Made by a program: the position numbers and the translations under genes. DNA of 64,000 nt, from assembly GCA_018650645.1 (NCBI GenBank), contig JABIFP010000027.1, forward strand, positions 24,379 to 88,378. Direction: 5' to 3'. Below, one piece after another: positions 18,298 through 28,086 of the stretch. The notes under the pieces were generated by a model, which did not search any database, was not told the origin of the DNA, and worked only from the letters and a program-made list of their open reading frames with translations. Source of the stretch: Candidatus Magasanikiibacteriota bacterium. GTDB taxonomy: Bacteria > Patescibacteriota > Patescibacteriia > Magasanikbacterales > UBA922. Numbering within the stretch: the stretch's first letter is position 1; each line of letters begins with the position of its first letter.

Positions 18298-18474
18298 AGC
18301 ATAAGCGGCAAAGCACCATCGGTAGAGTATATTTCAACCTCAAGTCCTACAGGAGAAAGGAGGGCTATATAAAGGACACCACTAGTTGGTGTCCTTTTGT
18401 ATTGACATATATTTGCATCGTGGTAGTATACCTGCTCACTTTACCTTTTAATCCTACATGTAGGAAATATACCT

Positions 18475-18717
18475 ATGTCTACCATGTGTCATAATCAGTT
18501 CTTTGGATCAACAACCGTTGGGGAAAAAGGACAAATTGTCATTCCAGCGGAAGCCAGAAAACTGCTCAATCTGGAAAAAGGAGAGAAGCTTCTCGTATTT
18601 GGCCTTAATGGCGATACGCTTGCACTTGCCAAACTATCTCAATTAGAAGAATTTGCTGCTCACTTGGCCAAAAAATCGACCGACTTAAAGAATATCATTA
18701 ATGAATCGAAAGAATAG
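18475..18717 (+). CDS. AbrB/MazE/SpoVT-family DNA-binding protein
   Basis: TVGEKGQIVIPAEARKLLNLEKGEKL; promoter TTGACA(18402)...TGgTAGTAT. Confidence 0.88.
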   Translation: MSTMCHNQFFGSTTVGEKGQIVIPAEARKLLNLEKGEKLLVFGLNGDTLALAKLSQLEEFAAHLAKKSTDLKNIINESKE

Positions 18718-18723
18718 AACGAT

Positions 18724-20544
18724 ATGTTGAACATTTTTCATAGAAATAAACATTGGTGGGAAGACAAGAAAAAACGACCTATTTTAATTATTGGAGTACT
18801 TGTTATTGCGCTACTTCTTTTTCGTGTTGGACAAGGGCTTATTGGTTCAGCGGATACAGCAATTGATAGTTCGACAGCTGAAGTTGAATTAATTGCAGCA
18901 GCAGATACCATTGCTGCACTCAGTACTGTTCAGGCAAGTGGGGAAGTTAAAGCTGAGGCGCAAGTAGAATTACGCAGTGAGGTTTCAGCTCGCGTGGCCA
19001 GAGTAAATGTGTCGCTAGGGCAAGAAGTTTATGCGGGACAAGTGCTTGTTGTATTTAATAATGGAGGAGTAGTTTCACAGAGAAATGACGCTTGGGCACG
19101 CGTACAAGGGGCACAGGCAGGATTGGAGCAATTTGCGGCAAGTGTAGAGGCTCAGGAAGCGAGATTAGATGAGCTAAAGCGTGGACCTCGTCCAGAAGAA
19201 CTCTCTTCTGCTCAATCTGCATTTGCAAACGCAGACACATCTGTTGAAGTTGCAGAAGCGGCGTATGATGCAGCAATAGAAAAGGCTGCTCAAGATTACG
19301 ACAGTTTGCTCAAAAGCTCTGTTGCAAAACTCGCGCAATCAACGCAGTCTGCAAAAGATGCGACATATACCGTAACAAATGCACAATATACCTATTTTAG
19401 ATCAGTTAATAATGAAGATTCTCGTCAGATTGCTGCAGCTAAAGCGCGTGTAAATAGTATTCTTTTTAATAAAGAAGATACCGGCTTATGGACAGTAGAG
19501 GCGCTATCAAGTATTTCGGGTGGTGTAGAAGATACACTTCTTGCAAATCTTCAGGACCCTTCTGAAACAGAGACTAGAGCTGCTGCGCTAGTTGTAGTAC
19601 AGGGATTGCAGCAAGCAGTGTTGATGTATAACGCTGTTCCACTCAAATCAAATATGACAGCTGCAGACATTGCACTGCTGCAAGCTGGTAAGCAAAGCAT
19701 ACAAGCGGCACTTACGTCAGCAACATCAGTCTCAGAATCATTAGATGTACAGAAAGCTGCAAACGATTCAGCCATTCAGGCTGCTGAAGGAGCTCGGCAG
19801 AATGCTGAGTCAGCATACGATGCCGCAAGAGAGAGATTGCAGCTCGTAAAAGCAGGAGCCGCTCCAGAGCAAATTACAGCTCAAGAGGCTTCATTAAGAC
19901 AGGCTGAAGCATCATATAGAGCGCAACTCGCTCAGCTTAGAAGTGCTCAAGCCTCAGTAGGAAGCGCAGCAGACCAAGTACAAAAAACAATTATCACTGC
20001 ACCAATTAGCGGTAAAATTTCTACTTTGCCAGTAAGAGTAGGGGAACTTGCTTCACCTGGTGCAGTTGTTACATCAATAGTAAATACAAATGCTCTTAAA
20101 GTTACCGCATATATTGATAGCAGTCAGCTTTCATATATTCGGCAAGGAGCTGCAGTAACCATTGGGAACAATGCGACAGGAACCGTAACATTTATTTCAC
20201 CTGCTATTGATCCACTGACTAGAAAAGTAGAGGTTGCGATTAGTGTTGCTGAGCAGCAAACAAACGCTCCACTTGTTGTTGGTCAATATGTCGATGTAGC
20301 AATTGATGCAGCAGAGGCGGATAGAACAATGTTGCAAGCAATTTTACCTTTGCAAGCGGTTGAAGTTACTCCAGAAGGAACAGCGGTATTCATCATTGAA
20401 GACAATATGGTAAAGGCCGTGCCAGTAGAACTCGGAAGAGTGCGAGGAAAATCTGTTGAGGTTATTGCAGGACTTGAAGACGCTCACAATGTTATTTCAT
20501 CTGTGCGCGGACTAGAGGTGGGCGAAACGGTTACAGCAAAATAA
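18724..20544 (+). CDS. RND efflux adaptor (MFP) with a very long coiled coil
   Basis: TM anchor; lipoyl half-motifs (LRSEVSARV...GQVLV; ITAPISGKI); ~300-aa Ala/Gln-rich helical insert; ISPAIDPLTRKVEV. Confidence 0.85.
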   Translation: MLNIFHRNKHWWEDKKKRPILIIGVLVIALLLFRVGQGLIGSADTAIDSSTAEVELIAAADTIAALSTVQASGEVKAEAQVELRSEVSARVARVNVSLGQEVYAGQVLVVFNNGGVVSQRNDAWARVQGAQAGLEQFAASVEAQEARLDELKRGPRPEELSSAQSAFANADTSVEVAEAAYDAAIEKAAQDYDSLLKSSVAKLAQSTQSAKDATYTVTNAQYTYFRSVNNEDSRQIAAAKARVNSILFNKEDTGLWTVEALSSISGGVEDTLLANLQDPSETETRAAALVVVQGLQQAVLMYNAVPLKSNMTAADIALLQAGKQSIQAALTSATSVSESLDVQKAANDSAIQAAEGARQNAESAYDAARERLQLVKAGAAPEQITAQEASLRQAEASYRAQLAQLRSAQASVGSAADQVQKTIITAPISGKISTLPVRVGELASPGAVVTSIVNTNALKVTAYIDSSQLSYIRQGAAVTIGNNATGTVTFISPAIDPLTRKVEVAISVAEQQTNAPLVVGQYVDVAIDAAEADRTMLQAILPLQAVEVTPEGTAVFIIEDNMVKAVPVELGRVRGKSVEVIAGLEDAHNVISSVRGLEVGETVTAK

Positions 20545-20545
20545 T

Positions 20546-23500
20546 ATGTTACAGTTTTGGAATTTCTTCATTAAGAATAGTAAATTTACGCTCCTTCTTG
20601 CTGCTTCAGCAGCCTTATTTGGGCTTGTTGCAGCTGCACAAATGCCAAAAGAATCTCAGCCACAGGTAAACATTCCAATTGGCGTAGTAAATACAGTATT
20701 TCCTGGAGCCAGTGTAGAAGATGTAGAAGAACTTATTACAAATACGATTGAAGATAAGCTCTCTGGTCTTGATCAAGTAGAGGAAATTACTTCGCAGTCA
20801 AAGAGTGGAATCTCTTCGGTTGTTGTCCAGTTTAGTGCTGACGCAGATACAGATGAAATGATTGGCGATCTAAAAGATGCTGTTGATCTCGCTAAAATCG
20901 ACTTACCTGATGAGGCTAATGATCCAATTGTTAGACAAGTGAGTTTAGATGATCAGCCATTTCTTACCCTAGCACTAAGCGGGCCGTTTGATGTGGCACA
21001 GCTAAAAGTGTATGCAGATGAATTGAAATCTGAAATTGAACGAGTTGGAAATATTTCAGCCGTACAAATTTTGGGTGGAAGAGATAGGGAAGTGCAGGTC
21101 GTTGTAAATAAAGAATCATTAGACAACTTCAATCTGTCACTGCCAGCTGTAGTTCAGGCAATCTCACAGGCAAATTCAGACATTCCCATCGGATCGATTA
21201 TTACTGGTGGAGAGGAATTTTCACTTCGATTTGCCGGAAGATTAGCGTCAGCTGATGAAGTAGCTAATGTTGCTATTACTGCAATTGATGGTGTGCCAGT
21301 ATTTGTAAGAGATATTGCTACCGTAAGTGATGGTTATACTGAGCCTGTTAAATCAGTGCAACTAAGTACCGCTGGAGCTTCAGCAGAAGCTGCGGTTTCA
21401 ATTCGAGTATTTAAATCTGACGGCGGGGGAGACGTGACGAAAATCGCAGCAGAGATTATTGAGCTATCAAAAACTGTTTCAGCAGAACGATTTCCTGGCG
21501 CAGTAAGCGTGCAAACAACTGAAAACCTGGCTGATTATATTCAGGAGGACCTTACGGGTCTCATGAGAAATGGAATTGCTACAGTAATAATTGTATCGCT
21601 TCTTCTTGCACTCTTTTTGGGGTGGAGAGAAGCGCTTATGGCTGCAATCGCCATTCCAATGTCGTTTCTGATTACCTTCATTATTCTGTTTTACGCAGGA
21701 TACACAATTAATTTCATGACATTGTTTTCACTTATCCTTTCATTGGGGATTTTGGTGGATAGTACTATTGTGATTAATGAGAGTCTGAACAAAAAAATGC
21801 TAACCGGAAAGCCGGCGCGAGAAGCTGCGTTAGAGAGTGTAAAAGAATTGCAGTTTCCACTCATTACCGGAACACTCACAACAATTTTTGCTTTTTTGCC
21901 TATGCTTTTGACTGGCGGCATGATGGGGCAATTCATTAAAACCATTCCTATTACCGTAACAGCAGTACTTACAGCATCACTATTTGTTGCGTTAGCAATT
22001 TTAACAACACTTACGGTAGTTATTACAGAAAGAAAACGAAAGAAGCTAAAAGTTGCTGACCATCCCGTGCAGGCAGAAAAGACTCGCTTTTCAAAGATTT
22101 TTGACGATGCAAGAACAGCGTACGGAGTACAGTTACGTTCATTTATGAATAGCGCCGCAAAAAGAAAGAACCTCAAGCGTTTGCTTATTGTGCTCTTTAT
22201 TCTTATGTATGCGCTTCCAATGTCTGGGATTTTGCGCACAGAGCTGTTTCCACCAGAAGATGCAGACTCGTTTGCGATCGATTTACAAAAAGATTTTGGA
22301 ACACCACTTGAACAAACCCAGCTATCCATAACAAGCTTGGCTGAAGAGCTATACGCAGACGAGCGAGTTGCATCGCTTGTTATTAATAGCGGATTCAGTG
22401 GAGCGCTCGGAAGTCAGTCTGGCGGCGGTGAGGGATCTCACTTGGCGCACATTATGGTAAACCTTAATAAAGATCGTGATCAAGCGAGCTTTGATGTACT
22501 TGATGAGTATCAGGAAAAGTTTGCATCAGCACCGCAAGGAACGATTTCTGTTACGCAACCCGGATATGGTCCTGGAGCAGCAGCCCCGGTTGAACTTACA
22601 ATCACGGGAGACGATCTAAAAACCCTTGATGAACTCGCAGCTCAAATTACGACGCTGGTGAGTTCTATTGAAGGAACACAAAACGTAAAAAGTTCAGTTA
22701 TTAGTACAAATGGACAGTTTGTGACCTATATTGATCGCGCACGAGCGGCACAATATGGTGTAACCGCATCAGATGTTGCCTTTGTGCTCAGAACAGCGGT
22801 TAATGGCGTATCTGCAACAGAAATCTCTCAAGACGGAGAGGATGTTGATGTAACCGTACGCTATGGACTCTCTAACGCCGCATTTGCTCCTGAGACAGTA
22901 AATAAGCGTTCAGTTGACCTATCTACCATAGAAGGTCTTACTATCTCAACACGGGAAGGCAACGTGCCGCTTTTGGCACTTGCAGATATACGATTAGATA
23001 ATAGCAGATCTGGAATTTCTCATGAAGACACAAATCGTGTGGTAAAGGTAACCAGTTACTTAAGTAGCGCCGTTTCGCCGGCGCAAGTATTTGGAGCTAT
23101 TGATAGTCGACTCAGTGAAATTGAGCTGCCAGAGGGCTATACAGTAGCTGCAGGTGGAGAAGATGAGGAAACACAGGAATCACTTAACGATATGTTCCGT
23201 GCAATGATACTTGCCGCAATTTTGATTGCCGCACTTATGGTCTTGCAGTTCCAATCGTTCAGACAGGCATTCATTATTCTGACAACTATTCCTCTTGCAC
23301 TGATTGGTGTATTCCCAGGATTGCTGCTCGTTGGGCAACCACTGAGTTTCCCGGGAATGATTGGGATTGTTGCGCTTGCAGGTATTGTGGTAAATAATGC
23401 CATTATCCTTATCGATAAAATTAACTTGAGTCAAAAGCAGGGAATGAATGTGCAAGACGCATTAGTGGCTGGAGGACAGGCAAGACTAGAGCCGATTATT

Positions 23501-23665
23501 CTGACAACTATTACAACAGTGTTTGGTATTTTACCACTCGCACTTACACAGCCACTTTGGGCATCGCTTGGATATGCAATTATCTTTGGGCTATTGTTCT
23601 CAACAATGTTGACGCTGTTTGTTGTGCCACTGCTGTATAATCGATTGTATAAAAACAAAAAGTAA
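20546..23665 (+). CDS. AcrB/AcrD/AcrF-family RND transporter
   Basis: FPGASVEDVEELIT, LGILVDSTIVINE, GIVVNNAIILID, RLEPIILTTITT; 1039 aa with 12-TM pattern. Confidence 0.93.
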   Translation: MLQFWNFFIKNSKFTLLLAASAALFGLVAAAQMPKESQPQVNIPIGVVNTVFPGASVEDVEELITNTIEDKLSGLDQVEEITSQSKSGISSVVVQFSADADTDEMIGDLKDAVDLAKIDLPDEANDPIVRQVSLDDQPFLTLALSGPFDVAQLKVYADELKSEIERVGNISAVQILGGRDREVQVVVNKESLDNFNLSLPAVVQAISQANSDIPIGSIITGGEEFSLRFAGRLASADEVANVAITAIDGVPVFVRDIATVSDGYTEPVKSVQLSTAGASAEAAVSIRVFKSDGGGDVTKIAAEIIELSKTVSAERFPGAVSVQTTENLADYIQEDLTGLMRNGIATVIIVSLLLALFLGWREALMAAIAIPMSFLITFIILFYAGYTINFMTLFSLILSLGILVDSTIVINESLNKKMLTGKPAREAALESVKELQFPLITGTLTTIFAFLPMLLTGGMMGQFIKTIPITVTAVLTASLFVALAILTTLTVVITERKRKKLKVADHPVQAEKTRFSKIFDDARTAYGVQLRSFMNSAAKRKNLKRLLIVLFILMYALPMSGILRTELFPPEDADSFAIDLQKDFGTPLEQTQLSITSLAEELYADERVASLVINSGFSGALGSQSGGGEGSHLAHIMVNLNKDRDQASFDVLDEYQEKFASAPQGTISVTQPGYGPGAAAPVELTITGDDLKTLDELAAQITTLVSSIEGTQNVKSSVISTNGQFVTYIDRARAAQYGVTASDVAFVLRTAVNGVSATEISQDGEDVDVTVRYGLSNAAFAPETVNKRSVDLSTIEGLTISTREGNVPLLALADIRLDNSRSGISHEDTNRVVKVTSYLSSAVSPAQVFGAIDSRLSEIELPEGYTVAAGGEDEETQESLNDMFRAMILAAILIAALMVLQFQSFRQAFIILTTIPLALIGVFPGLLLVGQPLSFPGMIGIVALAGIVVNNAIILIDKINLSQKQGMNVQDALVAGGQARLEPIILTTITTVFGILPLALTQPLWASLGYAIIFGLLFSTMLTLFVVPLLYNRLYKNKK

Positions 23666-23675
23666 TTTCTAGGAC

Positions 23676-23713
23676 ATAATAAAAGATGCGCTTTGATGCG
23701 CATCTTTTATTAT
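23676..23713. terminator. Intrinsic terminator after the RND operon
   Basis: ATAATAAAAGATGCGC-TTTGAT-GCGCATCTTTTATTAT, a perfect 16-bp stem. Confidence 0.8.
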
Positions 23714-23969
23714 AGAACCACTAAGAAGGGGAGAGAGAGCCTATTTCAGGAGGATAAACATCTAGTGGCAACAAACTATATGTTCCTTGCCAGAGATGTG
23801 CAGGTTTGTTTGTAACTGAGCAAATATACGTATGAATAGGAATGGCAAAAAATAAAGTTGCAGGCGAAGCAATAATTCTGTGGAAGCGGGGAAGACAGAA
23901 GAAAGTGATGGATGGTTTGATATGTAAGGCTGAGTAGCCAAGATTATATGTCAGGAGAGAATATATGCG

Positions 23970-23997
23970 GCGTCGCACAATGTATCTTATGCGACAC
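23970..23997. other. Putative dif (chromosome dimer resolution) site at the replication terminus
   Basis: GCGTCGCACAA-TGTATC-TTATGCGACAC: 11-6-11 layout, arms 9/11 inverted-identical, 19/28 identical to E. coli dif by hand count; lies in a gene-free gap at the coding-strand switch. Confidence 0.7.
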
Positions 23998-24495
23998 ATA
24001 CACACTGGAATAGGTATAATGAACCGTATTAGCGCCGCAGGAATCACTTGTACATTGGTTCCTTTGTTTATTAAAATATATATAAACTCTCGTGTGCAAT
24101 TTCATTTTTTATCAAAAACATATATCTGACTAATCAAATACGTTCGCATTCAAGCCTGCCCATAGGCCTATCATTGGTGTTTACATGAGTTCTACTAGGT
24201 CTTTTCTGTAACTCCTTGCCCTACTTCCCCGTTCTTGTCGTGCGTGCATCAATGTGCGACACAACAGCAAGTCGGTTTAAATACACAAGGTATGGTAGGC
24301 CATCTTTTATTCAAAATAATTGGGCTGAGTGTAGGTAATTATACTCTTTATCCATAGCTCCCCCTGCTCCCCTGTGACAGTTAGATAATAATACCGCTAC
24401 ACAATGTGCGACACCTAATAAACCCTGCGGGTATGCCTGAACAAAAAAAACAGAACATGCTATGCATGCCCTGCTCTTCTTCCCTACGTAGTAGT

Positions 24496-25236
24496 TTATA
24501 GGAACTGTTCAATCATCGGTTTTACATTTTCAAATGGTAGTGCTCCGTTAATCGGTAACTTGTCTCCGTTAGGACCAACAATTACTGAGTATGGAGTTCC
24601 ATTCGCACCAGCTCTTGAACCACTGGCTGTATCGTCAGCAAGTTTTGAGGCAAATGTTTGCTTCTGAACACAGGTTTCATATTTAGCAGTGTTTAGACCA
24701 ACTTCAGCAGCAATCTTCTTTAATCCTGCTGTATCAATACCACTCTGCTGTCGTTCTATTGCAAGGTCTAAGAACTCCCAGAATTTTCCTTGATCACCTG
24801 CGCACTCAGCTGCCAATGCCGCAGGTTTTGCATTCGGGTGAAAGCTCAGTGGAAAATGTCTGTACACCCACCGTACATCACCATCAAATTCATCCATTAC
24901 TTGATTCATTGTTGCGTGGAATTTTGAACAGAATGGGCATTCAATATCTGAGTATTCAACAATTGTGATCTTAGCATCTTTGTCTCCTCTAATGTGGTCT
25001 TTCTTTTCATCTACCTCCGCAAGGTTGATAGCTACTGGTGCAGACGGTGCGTTATTATCTGCTGGAAGAACAACACTCGGTGCATTATCCCGCGCTGGCG
25101 CTGTGTCACCATTTAGGTATCCAGGCAGAAGAATAAAAAAGAAGATTGTACATAGTACGAGGATTCCTTCTACAATACCAAATACAAAAATTTGCATCGG
25201 GCTAAGAGAATCCATAAAAGATTGCTTTTGCTCCAT
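24496..25236 (-). CDS. DsbA-family thioredoxin (BdbD-like), membrane anchored
   Basis: GDKDAKITIVEYSDIECPFCSKFH, RHFPLSFH, CAGDQGKFWEF, GTP. Confidence 0.9.
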   Translation of the reverse strand: MEQKQSFMDSLSPMQIFVFGIVEGILVLCTIFFFILLPGYLNGDTAPARDNAPSVVLPADNNAPSAPVAINLAEVDEKKDHIRGDKDAKITIVEYSDIECPFCSKFHATMNQVMDEFDGDVRWVYRHFPLSFHPNAKPAALAAECAGDQGKFWEFLDLAIERQQSGIDTAGLKKIAAEVGLNTAKYETCVQKQTFASKLADDTASGSRAGANGTPYSVIVGPNGDKLPINGALPFENVKPMIEQFL

Positions 25237-25315
25237 AACATTACGTTTAGTGAATAGTTGCTGTAGTGTATCATGCGGTACCTAACCAAACAAGACAGGT
25301 ATATCTGTGTATAAC

Positions 25316-26566
25316 CTAGTAGTCCTTCATGAGGTATGCAATTGGGTTGACTGGAATACCATCTTTTCTTACTTCAAAGTGCAAATGCGGACCTGTTACA
25401 AATGGTCCCGCTCCTACCGTTCCAGGAGTTCCACCTGAATATCCTATAACATCTCCCCTGGCTACAAATTGATCCTGTGAGACAGTAATGCGGCTCATAT
25501 GACCATATACCGTTGACATTCCATTAGAATGCACGAGCATGACATACGAGTAGCAAGAAGCTGAATCACAATGTCTTGCGCGCCCAACATAGCCTGATGC
25601 AGCAGCCTTTAGCGGTGTGCCATGTGCGGCTCTAATATCAACAGCATTATGTTCAAAAATATGTCTATACGGATAACTCGGGTCTCTAAACCGAGCAGTA
25701 ATATACCGGCTCTGTGTTGGCCAAGATAATATAAAGTCACCATCTTCCTCAATGTTTTTAAACTTGTCTTGCTCTCTGAGCTTCCGTCTTACTTCCTGCT
25801 CAATACCTGTAATATCATTCTCAATGCGTTGGTATTGGCTCTTTAAACTTGAAATAAGCGATTTAAATGTAAGCTCAGACGATCTCGTCTGCGCTAAAAG
25901 ATCTTCTTTTGCAAACTGCTGCTCAACTAAATCTTTTTTCTTTTGCTCAAGTTCTTTAGCAAGCGCAGCGTAGCGAATCTGTCTGTCTTCTCGCTGCTCG
26001 CGTTCTGACTTTAGCTGCAATGAATGCTTCTTCATTGATGCAATTGATCCCCCTAAACTCCTATCAATCGTCTTTAGGTATTGAAGGTTATCGTAAAACT
26101 GCGAAAGGTTGTCATGTGTAAGTGCAACTTCTAAATATGATCGCTGTTCTTGAATGTAGAGCATTCGCAGCAATTGCGACAAAATATCGCGCTGTTTTTC
26201 AATAACCGTTTCTTTTTCTTCAATAGATACATTAAGTGATTCAATTTCGAGTGCAAGCGCTTCGCCCTTTTGCTCAACAAGCTCAACATCAAGCCCTACT
26301 TGCGCAACGTGATTATCTAAAAGACCAATTTGATTTGAAAGTGAAATCGCCTCTACCTTTGTACCTGCAATTCTGCGTTTGTACTCATTAATACTCCTCT
26401 CAATCTGCTTCACCTCTTGCCGTTTTGATTCAATTTTTTTGTTTAATTCAATGAGGTCTTGTTTTGATGAAGCCGTCTCCCCTTCTTGTGAATATGAAAC
26501 TCCTGGTAACCAAATAAGGCTCAGTAAGAGAAATAAAAATGGGACATAGCGCCAGAATCTGCTCAT
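25316..26566 (-). CDS. Coiled-coil M23 peptidase (EnvC/CwlO-like)
   Basis: Signal peptide, long coiled coil, HNAVD and GPHLHFEVR motifs; start probably ATG 26566. Confidence 0.88.
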   Translation of the reverse strand: MSRFWRYVPFLFLLLSLIWLPGVSYSQEGETASSKQDLIELNKKIESKRQEVKQIERSINEYKRRIAGTKVEAISLSNQIGLLDNHVAQVGLDVELVEQKGEALALEIESLNVSIEEKETVIEKQRDILSQLLRMLYIQEQRSYLEVALTHDNLSQFYDNLQYLKTIDRSLGGSIASMKKHSLQLKSEREQREDRQIRYAALAKELEQKKKDLVEQQFAKEDLLAQTRSSELTFKSLISSLKSQYQRIENDITGIEQEVRRKLREQDKFKNIEEDGDFILSWPTQSRYITARFRDPSYPYRHIFEHNAVDIRAAHGTPLKAAASGYVGRARHCDSASCYSYVMLVHSNGMSTVYGHMSRITVSQDQFVARGDVIGYSGGTPGTVGAGPFVTGPHLHFEVRKDGIPVNPIAYLMKDY

Positions 26567-26604
26567 ATGTCCCATAGTATACCACACGATTGTGTGTCCT
26601 GGAA

Positions 26605-28086
26605 TTATAGTTGTGCAATAGCTTCCTCAATTCTGCCTTTAGTCTTACCCTTCCCTATTGCTGCGGCTATTTCAAATGGACTTGGTGAATTTTTTTGCCC
26701 TGATAGAGAAATTCGTAACGGCCAAAGGACATTACCTGCGCCATATCCCTTTTCGGTTATCCATCCGCGTAATGACGATTCAATGTTCTCAAGTGTCCAT
26801 TCGCTTATTCCCTCTAAAAGCGCCTTAGCCTCTGTTAACATGTGCTTTGCCTCTGCTGCATCTGCTTTCTTCCAAACAAGAAGAGAAGGTTCATAACTAA
26901 GTGAGTCTGCAAACACAAACCCAAGCGCTTCAGGAAGCTCCTGTAGCGCACTTACGCGTGAACGCTCCATATCAATCGCCTGTAAATACATGCTATCTGA
27001 TGCAGTAAGATCAGAAACATCTATTCCCGAATTTACAAAATGCGGCCACGCACGTTTTCCAATTTCCTCAAGTGGCAAACTCATTAGATACTGCTTATTC
27101 ATCCACGCTAGTTTTTCTCTATTAAACACTGACGCCGAATTTCCTACTCCACTCAGACTGAACGCTTCTTCAAGTTCTGCAACGGTAAACAATTCTCGCT
27201 CATCGCCTGGATTCCAACCTAGTAGTGCAACAAAATTTACTAATGCTTCCGGCAAAATACCGTTTTCTTTAAAGTCCTCAATGCTTACATCACCATGTCT
27301 CTTGCTAAGCTTTTGCTTTTGCTCATTTATTAAGAGTGAAAGATGCCCATAAGAAGGCACGTCCCATCCAAATGCTTCAAATAAAAGCACATGTTTTGGT
27401 GTAGATGGTAACCATTCTTCCCCACGAATTACATGGGTCACTTCCATAAGATGATCATCAACCACATGCGCTAAATGGTATGTTGGGAACCCATCAGCTT
27501 TCTGCAATACTTGATCATCAATTTCTTTTGTACTAAACGAAATTTCTCCTCGTACCAAATCAGTAAAGGCTACTCGTCCGTCTTCTGGAACAGCAAAACG
27601 CACAACATGCGGTTCTTTGGCATCAAGTTTAGTTTGCAACTCCTCAGCACTAAGCGTAAAGCTGTTTTTCATTGCATGACGCTCATATCTGGTTGGCTGT
27701 TTGTTGAGCATCTGTCGATTTCTCATTTCTTCTAATTCTTCTGATGTATCAAAAGCGTAATATGCCTTTTTTGCATCTACAAGTTCTTGTGTATATTTAC
27801 TATATAGTTCTAAACGCTCTGACTGAATATAAGGACCAAGCGTTCCTTTCTGTACAACTGAATCACTTTCTAAATCTACTCCCTCATCAATTGTGATTCC
27901 TGCCCATTGTAAGGCTCGTACCATGTTTTCAACGGCACCATCGACTAGTCGAGTTCTGTCGGTGTCTTCAACGCGAAGCATAAATGTTCCACCCTGTTTT
28001 CGCGCATAAAGATATGCAAAGAGAGCCGTTCTGAGGCCTCCTACATGGAGAAATCCGGTTGGACTTGGGGCAAATCGAGTTTTCAT
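26605..28086 (-). CDS. gltX: Glutamate--tRNA ligase
   Basis: RFAPSPTGFLHVG, RGEEWLPS, KLSKRHG. Confidence 0.97.
   Translation of the reverse strand: MKTRFAPSPTGFLHVGGLRTALFAYLYARKQGGTFMLRVEDTDRTRLVDGAVENMVRALQWAGITIDEGVDLESDSVVQKGTLGPYIQSERLELYSKYTQELVDAKKAYYAFDTSEELEEMRNRQMLNKQPTRYERHAMKNSFTLSAEELQTKLDAKEPHVVRFAVPEDGRVAFTDLVRGEISFSTKEIDDQVLQKADGFPTYHLAHVVDDHLMEVTHVIRGEEWLPSTPKHVLLFEAFGWDVPSYGHLSLLINEQKQKLSKRHGDVSIEDFKENGILPEALVNFVALLGWNPGDERELFTVAELEEAFSLSGVGNSASVFNREKLAWMNKQYLMSLPLEEIGKRAWPHFVNSGIDVSDLTASDSMYLQAIDMERSRVSALQELPEALGFVFADSLSYEPSLLVWKKADAAEAKHMLTEAKALLEGISEWTLENIESSLRGWITEKGYGAGNVLWPLRISLSGQKNSPSPFEIAAAIGKGKTKGRIEEAIAQL

Noticed and set aside
23721-24047. 108-aa ORF in the terminus gap
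   Set aside because: GTG start, atypical composition and overlap with the dif-like site; probably non-coding.
24250-24414. 13-bp direct repeats as a CRISPR remnant
   Set aside because: Only two copies, 152 bp apart and too short; no array or cas gene seen in the window.
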